Shown: piece by piece, positions 25,625 through 39,818 of the stretch | How positions within the stretch are numbered: position 1 is the first letter of the stretch | Layout of the letters: each line of letters opens with the position of its first letter | Assembly (NCBI RefSeq): GCF_006345805.1 | Contig: NC_042998.1 | Coordinates: forward strand, 69,936,001 to 70,000,000 | Direction: 5' to 3' | Origin: Octopus sinensis | Lineage: Eukaryota | Length of the DNA: 64,000 bases | The notes under the pieces: model-generated | Database searches by the model: none | Told to the model about the DNA's origin: nothing | Seen by the model: the letters and a program-made list of their open reading frames with translations, nothing else | Made by a program: the position numbers and the translations under genes

Positions 25625-26942
25625 CTTTTTTTTTTTAAATAGTTTTGTCTGACGTTCTTTGTTAGAGGTTTCTTGTTCTACTTCATAAAAAACAAATATT
25701 TGTTTATGTAGATATTTTTAGTTTTTCACGTTTCTGGTGTCAAATATATCGTCTATATTGAAAAATGTTGATCTAATTACAAGATTTGATCTCACACGTT
25801 ATATATAAAAAGTCTGATTCGGAATCTTAGTTGAACAATTTTTTTGCTTTAACACTGAAGAAATGAAGGGTGAGACACTGTGTGTTTAAAGTCATGCAAA
25901 ATGTTTTTCAAACACTACGCTTGACAAACATTTACCTTGTCCAATGACATTTCGTATTTATTTCAGAGTTACATTGTCCTGGCGGGTGATTTGATCTGAG
26001 ACTGTGTGTCTAAACTAAAACAATCCCATCGTAGCAGACACGTATTAACCATTCAAAAGCGAGCAAACACTAAGGTCGCAGCTGGAGCGACGAAAACTTT
26101 GATACCAGATTATAAGTGTTTAAGTGATATAAGGTTTCCGTTAGTTTTTGAGTGGTTGGTTAATATGCGTCTTTAATACTATAGCTATTTTCATTATACA
26201 GCTCGGCGCAATAAAAATAGTCATGACAGCGTAGGTTACGTTGTATGAACCAATGTTCAGCTCTGTAGTTTTTGTTCGTGAAGAGTTATCTATCATATTA
26301 TGTGCTGTAATGAATCAATTATTATACGATATGATGTACGATTTGACAATGTGATACAGCATGGCATAAAATAGGAACCTTATTAAATAACTAGGGTTTT
26401 TAATGAGTAAAATTTGATGCTGCTGAGTGAATGGAAATCAACGGAACCGTCACGGATGGAATTTCTTTGATCGTAATCTTCCGGATCAGGGCTGATCTGA
26501 AACTAAACAATTTCAGCAAGAAAAGGAACAACAAAAAAGAATAAAAACAACAGGGAAAACAATGTTAGTAAATAAATAAACTGATAGACGGGAAATAACA
26601 TTCGTAAAATAAGTTCAGTGAGCCTTGAAGTGAGATGTGTTGTATTGTAATGCTTTGTGGCTAGGGTCTGTTACAGAAAGAGGTTGGAGAAGGTAGAAAT
26701 AGGGTTAGAAACTAACACTTCCACCATCACTGCACTATCGTTAATATTCTAACACCACCACCACCACCACCACCACCACTACCACCACTACTACCACCAC
26801 CACCACCAACACCACCACTGCTACCATAACCACCTACCGCTGCCGCATCGTTATCATTACCATCGCCATCTCTCCCAACATCAGCACCATAACCACCAGC
26901 ATAACCACTATCCATCTTAAACCGACACTACTAACATCATGA

Positions 26943-26992
<50 letters not shown>

Positions 26993-27139
26993 ATATCTAA
27001 GAAATAATCTTTTATCTCAACCTCTCTGTCTGTCTGTCTCTCCCTCCCTTCCCCTCCCTCTCCCTACATATGAACAACTGAGATATCAGGAGTAATAACA
27101 CTAGAATTGCTTGTTTTTAATCGTGAAACTTTCCTCGAG

Positions 27140-27485
27140 CACCTTGGGTAAGTGTCTTCTACTATAGCATTGGGCCGACCAAAGTCTTGTAAGTGGATTT
27201 GGTAGACGGAAACTGGAAGAAGCCCGTCGTATATATGTATATATATATGTGTGCGTGTGTGTGTATGTTTGTGTGTCTGTGTTAGTCCCCTCAACATCGC
27301 TTGACACCCGATGCTGGTGTGTTTACGTCCCCGTAGCTTAGCAGTTCGGCAAAAGCGACCGATAGAATAAGTACTAGGCTTACAAAGAATACGTCCTAGG
27401 GTCGATTTGCTCGACTAAAGGCGGTGCTCCAGCATGGACACAGTCAAATGACTGAAACAAGTAAAAGAGTAAAAAAGTAAAAGAG
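27140..27485 (+). mobile_element. SINE family A, 5'-truncated
   Basis: caccttgggtaagtgtcttctactatagc...cagcatggacacagtcaaatgactgaaacaagtaaaagag. Confidence 0.9.
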
Positions 27486-27521
<36 letters not shown>

Positions 27522-28673
27522 ACACACACACACACACGCACACACACACATAAGCGTCGACGTAGAGTACATTTGAAGCAGTTTAGTAACTTAATGACTG
27601 AAGTAGCAATGGTGAGCTCTAATTAGCTTTGCCTACGAAACAGTAAAAATCAGAGAGCTTAATATGCATTAAGAATGGTAGACCGTCGTGACAAACCATA
27701 TCTTTGTTGCCGAATCTAGTTCTGACAAGAAGTGATTGCTTACTGGCTTAACATTAATTCCTAACATTAAAAGAAATCACGCATAAGCGTTCATTTTGAA
27801 TTTGATAGAAAATTATTGATATATTTAATGGCTCGTTATATGTGAATACGAGTGAGACATAATACTTATATAACAAATATGCTGAGTGTAAGCGATACAA
27901 AACACTCAACTCGGCGCTATATCGAAGAAAAGTTTAGTTGAATAGAATAAAAGAATGTCATTAAAACTTCAAGAATCGGATTATTGTGCTGATAGATCGA
28001 CTAAACATGAAAACTGTTAGAAAATAGTAAACTGAGTCGCTGCTTTAATTTCGAAATCTAAACGTCAAAAGATGTTTATTTATAAACGCCGCAACACTAA
28101 TAAAGGCAGGACACTGATTAAAATATACATTTAACTGGAAATAATCTAATAAATGTAATTCTATACAAAGCCCTTTTTGGATTGTCGGGCAGCCATTACG
28201 TTGTATCATGGGTGGGTGAGAATATGCAAATATTTGAAAGATATGATGTTGTACGTGACAGAGTTCATACATACGCATACAAAATACACACACAACTTAT
28301 AAAGCTCAAACATACACATAGACAAATAGACTAATAAACATATAGACATACAAATCCATTTGCATATAAGTTAGCATGTGTGTCTTTGTGGCGGAAAATA
28401 CATCAAAACGTAGCAAAACGTGTATATGCATAAATGATAAGCTACAGGTCGGTAGACAAACATTACTGTATGTCGTCTATCAATACGAATGTATATCAAA
28501 TATCAACACATGCGTGTACATATATATACACTCGAAAATACACATACATCCAATTACATAGAATGCTTTTTTCCTCTTGTCCGTTACAAATAGCGTGTGG
28601 GCGCGCGTGCGAGTGTGTGTATGTATATATATATATACGCACACATATATATATAAACATACATACATACGCG

Positions 28674-28705
<32 letters not shown>

Positions 28706-28714
28706 AACATACAC

Positions 28715-28745
<31 letters not shown>

Positions 28746-28929
28746 GTATAAATATATATACATATGTATATATATGTATATAAATATATATATATAAATG
28801 TTACATGTATGTATATATATATAATATATATATATTATATATATATATATAGGTGTGTGTGTAAATTTATGTATGTATAATGTAGAGAAACATTCATTTC
28901 TCTCTCTCACTCTCTCTCACTCACTCTCA

Positions 28930-28969
<40 letters not shown>

Positions 28970-29330
28970 GTTTATACATATATACATACATATAAATATA
29001 CATGCACACACACACATATATATATATATATAATATATATATATATGTGTGTGTGTGTGTTTATATATATATATAATATATATAATATATATATATATAT
29101 CTATATATATATATATATATAAACACATGCACCACACGGACGAACAATCGTATACGCACATGCGCAACCTCAACACGCACACACATCTCTATATTTGTAT
29201 ACATATTTAAAAATAAAATGGAGAATCAAAGATGGGAAAGACAGCTATGATAAGATATAAACGTCCAATCATTGACCTCAACTATTTCTATTGAGATTTT
29301 TCTAGAAGAGTTTATGGTATTTTTGTTTGT

Positions 29331-29369
<39 letters not shown>

Positions 29370-29511
29370 CTATTACAATTTCTTTTTGCCTTTCGTCTAT
29401 AAGTGATGGGGAAATGGTTCTAGCTATTTTTTTTCTTGATGCACTTATCTCGTTGTCTTTGTTGTTGCTGTTACATACATATATATGTAAATGTATATGC
29501 ATGTATGCATG

Positions 29512-29567
<56 letters not shown>

Positions 29568-30017
29568 GTATATATATATGTATATGTATACGTATATATA
29601 TATATATATGTATGAATATACATACATATAAATATACATGCACACACACACATATATATGTATACATATGTATGCGTGTGTGTGCATGTATATTTACATG
29701 TATGTATATACAGGCATATATATATATATTATATATATACATATGCACACACACATATAAGTTTGTTTTAAAATATATATATATGTGTGTGTGTGTGTGT
29801 TTATATATATTTATATGTATGTATACACATGCATATGCATGCATATATACACACACAGACATACATACAGACAGACATACACACATACACACACCAGCAC
29901 AAACACATATATATGTATAAATATGTATATACGCGTGTGTATGTGTGTATGTGTGTGTGTGTGTTCATAACATCCTTGCTCTTCTTTCTCCTGTTGCTGC
30001 TGTTGTTGTTGCTTCCG

Positions 30018-30132
<115 letters not shown>

Positions 30133-30534
30133 CGTCGTCGTTGTTGTTGTATCTGTTGCTGCAGTCCTGTTTCTGGGTTCGGCTGCGCTTACATATCTCA
30201 GATTATCCTGCAGTTCTTGTCTTTCAATACAACATTGATTGATAGACTGAACGTTGAAGCCTAACCAAGATGGCCATCTGTAAAACTAAACTTGCTCCTA
30301 GGTGTGCCAGCATCACCAGCACCAAAAGCATCAGCACCAGCAGCAATAGCAGCCAGAGCTGTTGCAGCAACAGCAACAGCAGCAGCACTACATATCACGT
30401 GGCTGAGACACTTAAAACTACCAAAATGGCTTTCTGACTTCTCGAGAATTTGCGTTCGTTCAAAAAGAAGTAGGGAAAGATGAAGTAGAAGGCGAAAAAG
30501 AAGAAAAGAGGAGCGAGAAAAACGAAGTATAGGG

Positions 30535-30582
<48 letters not shown>

Positions 30583-31164
30583 AGAACAATAAAAACAAAA
30601 GTAATATAAATAATAATAAAAATAAATATATATATAATAATAGTCATTGTTTCTTTAAGAAAGGAAAGAAGACAAAGAAGATGAAGAAAGCATTAACATC
30701 AGCAGTAGCAACAACAACAACAACAGCAGTTGAAGCAGCAAAAATGGAAAACAAAAAAAAAAATTAAAATTACACAATAAAAAAAAAGAGAAAAAAACCC
30801 GTAAAATTGATAAATGTTTCCTCTGAAATTGCTGTGTGTAAGAATATGCTTTATGTCACATACATACACACTCATGCATGTACCCATTATATACATTTAT
30901 GTGCACATATATATTACGGTAGAGTTACCGTCTATTTATATTTTATATATATATATATGTACGTATATGTGTGAGGGTGCAGCATTTGTTGGTGCGGGTG
31001 TGTGCGTATATGCGCGTGTGTGTGCGTGTGTATTTGCAACCTACGCGCTGAATTTATGCAAATAGTTTTGTGTAGGAACATAAACGTATGCGTGTGCATA
31101 TATGTGTAGGTACGTACTATGTGTGTGTGTGTGTATGTGTGTATGAATATTATCGGTTTCAAAT

Positions 31165-31475
31165 GCTAGCACAAGGCCAGCAATTTCGGGGGAGAGCGTA
31201 AGCCGACTACATTTAGCCCAGTGCTCTGGTACTTAATTTATCGACCCCAAAAAGATGGAGGGCAGAAACATGTACATGGACTTCTGTGTATATGCGAATG
31301 TGTATGTTCGCTATAAGCGGCATTTCCTCCAGCTCTTTACATACTTAGTTCAAATTCTGTCGAAGTTAACTTTGTTTTTCATGGTTTAGGGCGTCGATAA
31401 AATAAAATACTGGGGCCGATGGAACTGACTAACCCCTTTCCCCCTAAAATTGCAAGCCTTGTGTCAACATTTGAA
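31165..31475. mobile_element. Two SINE family B fragments in opposite orientation
   Basis: gcacaaggcc...ggtacttaatttatcgacccc (minus), followed by gttcaaattctgtcgaagttaactttg...gtcgataaaataa...gccttgtgtc (plus). Confidence 0.65.
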
Positions 31476-32042
31476 AGAAATTATTACTTACTTTTACCAT
31501 TGAGTGAGAGAGCAATGCCATCAAAGTGACGTTGGGATACAAATATACGAAGCCCAATATACCCACCACGACTACCCGTCTGATAAAGATTTACCAGACA
31601 CATGCATCACAACCATATGTGCACGACATAGTGATTTCAGGATAAACAGCGCATGACCTTGCAGGTGAGTCTCAGTTACAATTTTCTTCAAGTCGAGTAG
31701 CCTATCCTGCTCAAAAGATCCTTGAGTAAAGGTTGTTTAACGATGTTGAATGAAGCAACATAGGTAAATTATTCAAACTGCAAAGAATTCCTCTCAACAC
31801 ATGTCTATGATGCTCCTCCACTATTTTTGCTTATGGTCAGTGATGCATATATTGTCAATCACCAAGGGACATGCTCAACTGGGTAAGGTCAAACAACTGA
31901 CAAACAAATCTGTGGCTTTGAGCAGAATATTTGCTGTAGCCTTATCTTTTACACCAAGACAAAACATGTACATGATAACACTTCCAATCTGTCAAGATCA
32001 GAAGTCCTGAAAGCCACTTCCTGGTACTGCATCAGAACATTT

Positions 32043-32044
<2 letters not shown>

Positions 32045-32092
<48 letters not shown>

Positions 32093-33290
32093 TATTATTA
32101 TTATCATTATTTGTTTGACTTTTGCTTCATATTTGTACAAGTTGGCTCCAAGTCTCACCCAGAGACCTCAAGAGACAACAAGTTGGAAGTTCATGTTGTT
32201 GTTATGCCTAGTGTGCCATATATTTGTTGGTTTTTTTTGGTGTTGTACTAGTGAATGTCTAAAACAAAAGACGAAAAGTATGTTTGTTTTAAACCTTGAG
32301 ATTACATAGAAAGTATTTTGCGTTGGATATGAGCAGTTCCCATTAGCACTATCTTTTGAATTTCTGCCATTTTGGGGTTTCCTGGTATCTGAGTTCGGTA
32401 GCAATCAGCCCCTTTCGCTATCATTCCCAGGGCACCTATGACAACAGGTATTGTTTTCGTCTTCAGCTTCCACATTTTGCTGATTTCTATTTCAAGATCT
32501 TTATATTTGCTCAGTTTTTGGTAGGTCTTGACAGATACGTTTATATCGATTGGGACAGTCATATCAACGAGGAGGCATGTTCTTTGTCTGAAGTCTTTCA
32601 ATATGATGTCCGGCCTATTTGCATCTATCTTTCTGTCAGTTTGAATGGTGAAGTTCCAGAGGAGTGAGATGTGGTCATTTTCAAGCACTGGAGGTGGTTT
32701 GTGTTCCCACCAGTTTTTTTAATGGGGCAAATCCAGGTTTTTGCAAATTACCCAGTGATTATATTGTGCAGCTATATCATGCCTGTTGAGATACTCTGTA
32801 GGCGCTAGAAGACTGCACTTGGAGACAACATGATCAATGGCTTCATTTTGTTGTTGACATACACGACATGTTGGGCTACTGCCGTTCTTTAATATGTTGG
32901 CCTGGTAGTTTCTTGTTGGTAGGCATTGATCTTGAGCTGCTATGATAAACCCTTCTGTTTCAGATTTTAAGGTAGCTTTTGCACATTTATCGAGGCCAAA
33001 TTGCATTCTGATGTCATCACTGAATTGTTTAACAATCGTTAGTAAGCCCTTGAGTTGTTGGTCATTTTTTGCAAAGAGCTTTAAATCATCCATGTAAATG
33101 AGATGATTTATATTTTTATCAAACATTTTATATCCATACTGCGCGTCATTGAGCAATTTTGAGAGAGGTATCAAGTCTAAACAAAAGAGGAATGGTGATA
33201 GTGAGTCACCCTGAAAAATGCCACATGAAATTTTTATATCACCAGCATTTAGACATTCATTGTCACTGTTCAAAGTTAGTGTGGTTCTCC
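32045..33290 (-). mobile_element. RLE-type non-LTR retrotransposon (R4/Dong-like), internally deleted, with 3' UTR and (TAA/TGA)n tail
   Basis: RT motifs GIFQGDSLSP, YMDD and GLDKC; CCHC finger CRVC..E.IDHVVSKC; RHD; NRPDII; KYKDL; IPVVIGALG. ORFs 32719-33273 and 32302-32688 are one frame broken by a single TAA. Confidence 0.95.
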
Positions 33291-33291
<1 letters not shown>

Positions 33292-33363
<72 letters not shown>

Positions 33364-33900
33364 TCTAGTGAAAACACACAGCTTATTTTGCTGGGTATGA
33401 TGGAAAGTGTTAGCTGTCCACAGCCAGCAGAGTAAGGTGACTCTTGTTTACTAGTAATGATTCAAGAACTCTGCGAAGAATTCTTGTAGTTCCAAGTAAT
33501 ACTGATTTTTGTAGATGTTCTATTTTTACATTTGTACCAATTTTTTCCAGCCATGTTTGTAGTTGAGCGCTGATACTTCCAAGTGCGCCAATTACTATTG
33601 GTATCAATGTATATTCTCCTCATTGACCACAACCTTCGTATTTTCCACTTCAAATTGTCATTGTTGTTCGGTTTTTCTTCTTTCTTTTTGATCCTGTTGT
33701 CACCGAGGCATGCTCTGCTGATCATCATGCATGTTTTTACTTTTTTTCCACCACGACAATTTCCGGTTTCCGATGTCTGATCAGGTACCGCACTGGATCA
33801 TTGCATCCCACAAGATTTTGCAAGTTTCATTCTCAGTGACTCCTTCTGGGCTTTGCCCTTTGCAGGCTGGGATTTCCACAGAGCTCCCATGGATCGTTCT
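33292..33900 (-). mobile_element. Second RLE-type LINE 3' fragment with (AAT)n tail
   Basis: RHDDVAR...KILWD...IPIVIGALGS...LQKSVLLGTTRILRRVLE; (TTA)n at 33292-33362. Confidence 0.85.
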
Positions 33901-33929
33901 GGCTACATCGTCATGTCGTCTCTTGTATT

Positions 33930-34430
33930 CGCGTTGTCCCTGGTTTGGCTGTGCTCCCGAAGCGCCTTGCCAGTTCGGGATAAACACGTGAGGCACGGCG
34001 CCACGATTTTGCCTACATGCCCACGTTGCGGGCAGAGCAACGAAACTATTCTGCATGCAATCGTACAGTGCCCGAGTCTATAAGACCTGTGGAATTCTAC
34101 CGAACGGGTACTATCACAGCGAGGGAGAGTACAGCTATCAGCCGAATCGATTATTAAGCTCGTTTCGCCGTCTCCTCTAAAAGGAGAAAAGAAAATCTGC
34201 TTTCTAGCCGTAATAGCTATAGCGAAAGAGATGATATGGAAGATGCGTGGAAGAGGTATCGCATCAGGCACATTCGTCTCTGGGCATGTTTTATATTACC
34301 TAAGAGGGAAAGGGTGTCTGGAGAAGAAATGCCTGACGTCAAGAAAGTATCCCGAATGTTGGGTATGCAAGCGGCTAATTAAGCGGAGTAGAAAAAAAGA
34401 AAAGGACGAAGTAAAGGGTTCAACGCAGGA
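33930..34430 (+). mobile_element. Tx1/L1-like LINE C-terminal zinc-finger (zf-RVT) remnant
   Basis: SRSALPVRDKHVRHG...CPRCGQSNETILHAIVQCP...AIAKEMIWKMR. Confidence 0.75.
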
Positions 34431-34769
34431 ATGTAGTTGGTGGGGTCAAACCCATTCCGTGTCCATTCATTTTTCCATTTTCATCCGAAATTATAATGCA
34501 TTTTTTCATATATGTAATATCCATTCGATAGGTTCCCGACCCCATTTTCCCCGTGTATAGTCCCTTCTTTGTTTAACCCTTGTAGTTTGAATAAAATCAT
34601 CGTGCTAGCTCCACAGTTCGTGTATTGATAGTTCAAAGTTGGAGTTGGAAGTTTACAGCTCGAGTTAGCATGTTGGATTGTTGATGTTTAAAAGATTGTT
34701 GTTACGTTCCATGTGGTTACTGCCGTTTGTTTCTGTTATATTGTTATTACACTGTTGCAGTGTATTCGT

Positions 34770-34930
34770 TTATCCATAAGGATATAACACAATCGATCAA
34801 TGTATTAAATTGCTCTGCTATCATTTTATGGCATCTACTGAAGTTTTTATTCAAAATCCCTGTACACCATCAGGTCCTGTTGCTTTCCAATCGCTTATCT
34901 TTTTACTCATATTTCTGATGCTGACTTTTG
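34770..34930 (-). mobile_element. LINE RT domain-0 remnant
   Basis: WKATGPDGVQGF, the conserved KAxGPDG motif. Confidence 0.55.
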
Positions 34931-34944
34931 CGTGGATAGCCCTT

Positions 34945-34973
34945 TATCATCATCATCGTCGTCGTCATCGTCG

Positions 34974-35035
<62 letters not shown>

Positions 35036-35087
35036 GTTGTTGTTGTTGTTATTATTATTATTATTATTATTATTGTTGTTGTTGTTG

Positions 35088-35119
<32 letters not shown>

Positions 35120-35135
35120 GTTGTTGTTGTTGTTG

Positions 35136-35173
<38 letters not shown>

Positions 35174-35200
35174 GTTATTATTATTATTATTATTTTAAAT
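34945..35200. repeat. Compound (TCA)/(TTA)/(TTG) trinucleotide array
   Basis: Alternating TTA and TTG blocks directly visible. Confidence 0.95.
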
Positions 35201-35294
35201 TTTTATTTATCATTTTTATTCTAGTCAGCATCTTGTCGCTTATTGCAAATTCTGAGAAATGTCGATAGCTAGCTAGCTAGCTAGATAGAGATAA

Positions 35295-35356
<62 letters not shown>

Positions 35357-35618
35357 GGGTAGATGGATATATAGATAGAGGGGGAGAGAGAGAGGGGGGA
35401 GAAAGACAGACAGACAGAGTAAATGAGAGTAAAGTAATACATTGTTGTATCGAACGACCCAGGAAGTGTGGAAGACACGGTTGTCCTCGGTAGCATTTGA
35501 ACTCAGGATGCAGATAGTCGAAACAAGCAACACGAGTCATTCGAGTCGACGCGCAAACGACTCCAGCAATTTGTCGTCTTGAACTGATATAATTTATGTA
35601 TGTGCGTATGTATGTATG

Positions 35619-35675
<57 letters not shown>

Positions 35676-35722
35676 TGTGTGTGGTGTGTGTGTGTGTGTG
35701 TGTGCGTATGTGTGTGCAAGTG

Positions 35723-35754
<32 letters not shown>

Positions 35755-36180
35755 ATATATATATATGATGTATATATACTTGCATACGCTTATGTATGTG
35801 TATGTGAGCGGTAATAGCTATGTGAATATATGTATATACTCATACATAGCCAGGGTGTTTTCTGTTTAGAACACCAACTAGTTAATGGTGGACCATTACA
35901 ATAAAATAAACAGACATTTTGTTGTTACCCTCACTGGAATTCTTCCTTATCTTCTATCCATGTTGATGTTTATAATTAATATGTTTCTAAACCATTCCAC
36001 TCCAGGAAATGAATCAAGATGTCTTCTTTGATAAATCTTCAGTTTTTCGTTTACGTGACCGTCTTTCAATCTTACGACATCTTCAGTTCTGCAGACATTT
36101 GGCGCCATTTTCTTGTATTCCTCATTATTACCGTATATTGCTCATATTATCTGCTATAGCGGTTTTTGTACGTAAGTATC

Positions 36181-36212
<32 letters not shown>

Positions 36213-36238
36213 TGTATGTATGTATGTATGTATGTATG

Positions 36239-36270
<32 letters not shown>

Positions 36271-38330
36271 CATGTATGTATGCATGTATGTACGTATGTA
36301 CGTGATTCTGTGTCTACTGCGTGTTTATCGGGCTGAGGTATTGGAAAACCTATTAAGAATAATGATCGTTGTCGACCTTTCATTCAGATTATTGTATGAG
36401 TTACTGAGCTTGAGGTAAGGCAACAGCCGCAGCCTATCTTGCGAGATGGGTCTTCATATTCCTGACAACTGTGTTCTGTTCTCCGATACGGTTCACTGTT
36501 CACTAATGTCCAATTTGATAGGAATCTCATAAAACTTTCATAAAAATAGACCTTATGAGACGAAGGTCAACGGATATGTTGTGCTCAAGGCTCATGATAG
36601 AGTGGAACTTGTTATACCTGTTTAACTCGACTGGAGTATGTGGGATAACAGTTTAAAGAATGGATGGTCCATGGTATTATGTGGGAGAAGAGATGGAAGA
36701 TCGAAGATTTAGACGAAAGTTTGAAATGGTAATTAACAGGTGATACACAAAATCTTGTCGCGTAAGAGGGTAACCTCAGTAGAAAGAACTTACATTAAGT
36801 TGCTACATAAATTTATTTGATTTGTGAGAGGACAGCTTCAGCAGAAAGTATAACAGTAATTTATATCGAAAACCTTAATTTTTTGTTTAGTTTTATAAAT
36901 ACAGCATCACAAGTATTTGTTGTTCGAAGAAAATAATTATTTCAGTACTGGGTAATGCACTCTGAGCTGGAGTATCAGGACTATGTACCTACTATAGTCA
37001 TACATAGACATAAATAAATACATACACACGCACATATACGCATACAGACACATATTTAAGTATATACATGCAACGTGAACAGACGTAAGAGGCATATATG
37101 TTTAATACTGGAAATTATTCATTGAAATTACGATGAATGCTATCTCCAACATTAATGTTATAACTATCAATAATGTTAAATAACTTATTTTTCTGATCAC
37201 ATTCATCTAAGAAACCTTTTATTCAAGATCGTAAAGATATTTGTCTTTAATTTGTATTTGTACAAACAGCATGATTGGATATGACAACGTCAACAACAGC
37301 AGCAGTGATGAAAAGCCAAAAAGAAAAAAATACAATATCAAAAAATGTGAACAGAATCTTATTAGTTATGAACTCAATAACGACAAGTAATTGCTATGAA
37401 ATGGTTCAAAGATATGCCCGTTAGCTATGTAAATAAGATGAATATGTACCGAAACGAACTTCTCTCCAAACGATTTCATGATAAAACAATTACAACAGCA
37501 GCATTTGGTGAATGCATTGGATAATTGTAGCTTCATTACCAAAAGTGAGAACAGTACATAAATATAAATGCTTGAATATATTCCTTGGTCATACAAACGC
37601 CTACAAACTGGGATATAACATGTAACAACAGACCATACTTCAACTGCTTCTGTTTTACCTTGCAATAGACCGACTTTCAACATCTTGCAGTAGTTACAAT
37701 TATAGACATGTTATAATCTTCGTATGCCCAGATTGTAAGCAATTGAAATATATCCTTAATGAAATATTACAGCGAAAGATTGTTCCATTTTTTAAAAACT
37801 CGCGCTACAAAACAGATCGTATTTGACTAGTATTGATAAGACACTCGCTAAATTGATGTTAACAGCAATCATATGGGAGGCGAATATTTACAAAAGAGTA
37901 ATGAATTATCGTTTGGTCAATAAACGTCAGTTTATATCTTCTTTCCAGAAATGTTAATCACTATCTTGGTGATACTAAATGAGTAAACAAAGGTTGAACA
38001 ACAATAAAATAGCACCATGGATTTCAAAAACGGGAAAATATCAATGATCTATGGAATAATACAACTTATTTACCAGTACTTATGAAATGCAAGCAAATAA
38101 CTATACTTATCGTTACAAAAACAGAAAAAACAAAATAGAAAAGTATTTATAGATAATAGCAATAGAACATTTTATTATAAATCGATCACCTTCAAACACA
38201 AGTAAAAAGCGCTCATTGAGAACTCCGCCACCAGGAGAAGAATAATTAACCTGAAATTCAACAGAAATCAGTCAACAGTTTACAAAGAGATAAGAGGACA
38301 GTATAAAATATCATAGGAGCATTCTCTAAG

Positions 38331-38369
<39 letters not shown>

Positions 38370-38370
38370 A

Positions 38371-38413
<43 letters not shown>

Positions 38414-38633
38414 TATATCCAGGCCTATTCCCCATTATTTTTAGGAATCACACACCAGGCATTCCATTCATTTCCCAGCTCAAAGAGGGGAGTTCCGTTC
38501 TATGCGACTGGGGAGGGTGGTAGTGGTAAAATGCAGTCGCCGTATTCCCTGCGTGGCGCATGAGGCGACTAAAAGGGGGCGGGAGCGAAGAGACTGGAAA
38601 TTCACTCCTCCTAGTAATTTCATATTCCTAAAA

Positions 38634-38668
<35 letters not shown>

Positions 38669-38904
38669 GAGAGAGAGAGAGAGAGAGAAAAGAGAGTGAG
38701 GGTGTGAAAGAAGAGACAATCAGGATTTTGGACAATTCTTAATTAGCGCTTTCGTTCATTAACCGAACTCTTCAAGATAAAAATTAAAGCCAAAATGATT
38801 TCTCAACAAACAATATCTGTACACCACTTCAAACACTCTATACGTACGTACATACATACATACATACATACATACATACTTACATACATACATGCATACA
38901 TACA

Positions 38905-39776
38905 CACGTCATCTGATCAATAAGTATCCGGACTGTTGCCATAATAACGAAGCTAAAGCACGCAGAGTGAAGCTGCTTGGCATAGATTGACCTCCAATTC
39001 TGTTGTGCATACACACTAAGTTTTAACATTCTAGCTCACTTCCACTGTTTACATCAGTGCTTAGAAGGAACGTGTGTAGCGTGTGATCGTCGCATTGACC
39101 ATGAGAAAAAGCTGAACAGAGAATCTGCATCAAATTTTGCCAAAAGCTTGGTGATACCATCTTAGATGCCTACGCAAAGTTTTCAAAGAATTTTCATCGT
39201 TCTCGACACCATCAAGGGGATCTTGTGCAACTGAAACCCGAGTGTCTCTTTGGTAAGCTGAAAGCAATTTTAACACAAACTTGGCATACGCACCTCTCAT
39301 ACCCAATTCTTTAGTGATAATGGACTGAACAGTAATTAATCTGCACATCATCTGATAACTAACGGATGGTGATTCGACGATTTCCTCTCACAGCTACACG
39401 TACATCTGCGATGTTTTTCTCAGTTCTGCTGGTTGAAAGTCTTCCAGATCGTTCATCAATATCAACATTTTTCGGCCATTTTGGAAACGCACTTATGTGC
39501 TGCTAATACAATTCTCTCTATACACTTTCTGCAACTTTTCGTTGGCTTCTGAGCAGGTATCACCATGACGATTTTCTCTGTCATGGTCAATGCAATGATC
39601 ACACGCTACACACCTTTCTTCCAAGCACTGTTGTAAACAGTAGAAGTGAGATAGAACGTTAAAACTTAGTGCGCATGCACAGCAGAGTCCAAGGTCTATT
39701 GGTGCCAAGTGGCTTCACTCTGCGTACTTCAGTTCCGTTACTATAGTAACAGTCCGGATACTTATTGATCAGACAC

Positions 39777-39779
<3 letters not shown>
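38905..39779. mobile_element. Mariner derivative bounded by two inverted copies of its 5' end
   Basis: cacgt..tctgatcaataagtatccggactgtt at both ends, with homology running about 220 bp inward; left side reads EQRICIKFCQKLGD; internal GMRGAYAKFVLKLLS. Confidence 0.85.

Positions 39780-39815
<36 letters not shown>

Positions 39816-39818
<3 letters not shown>

Noticed and set aside
27594-27646. Hammerhead candidate with a long stem before GAAACAGTA
   Set aside because: No CUGANGA spacing before stem II and no stem I.
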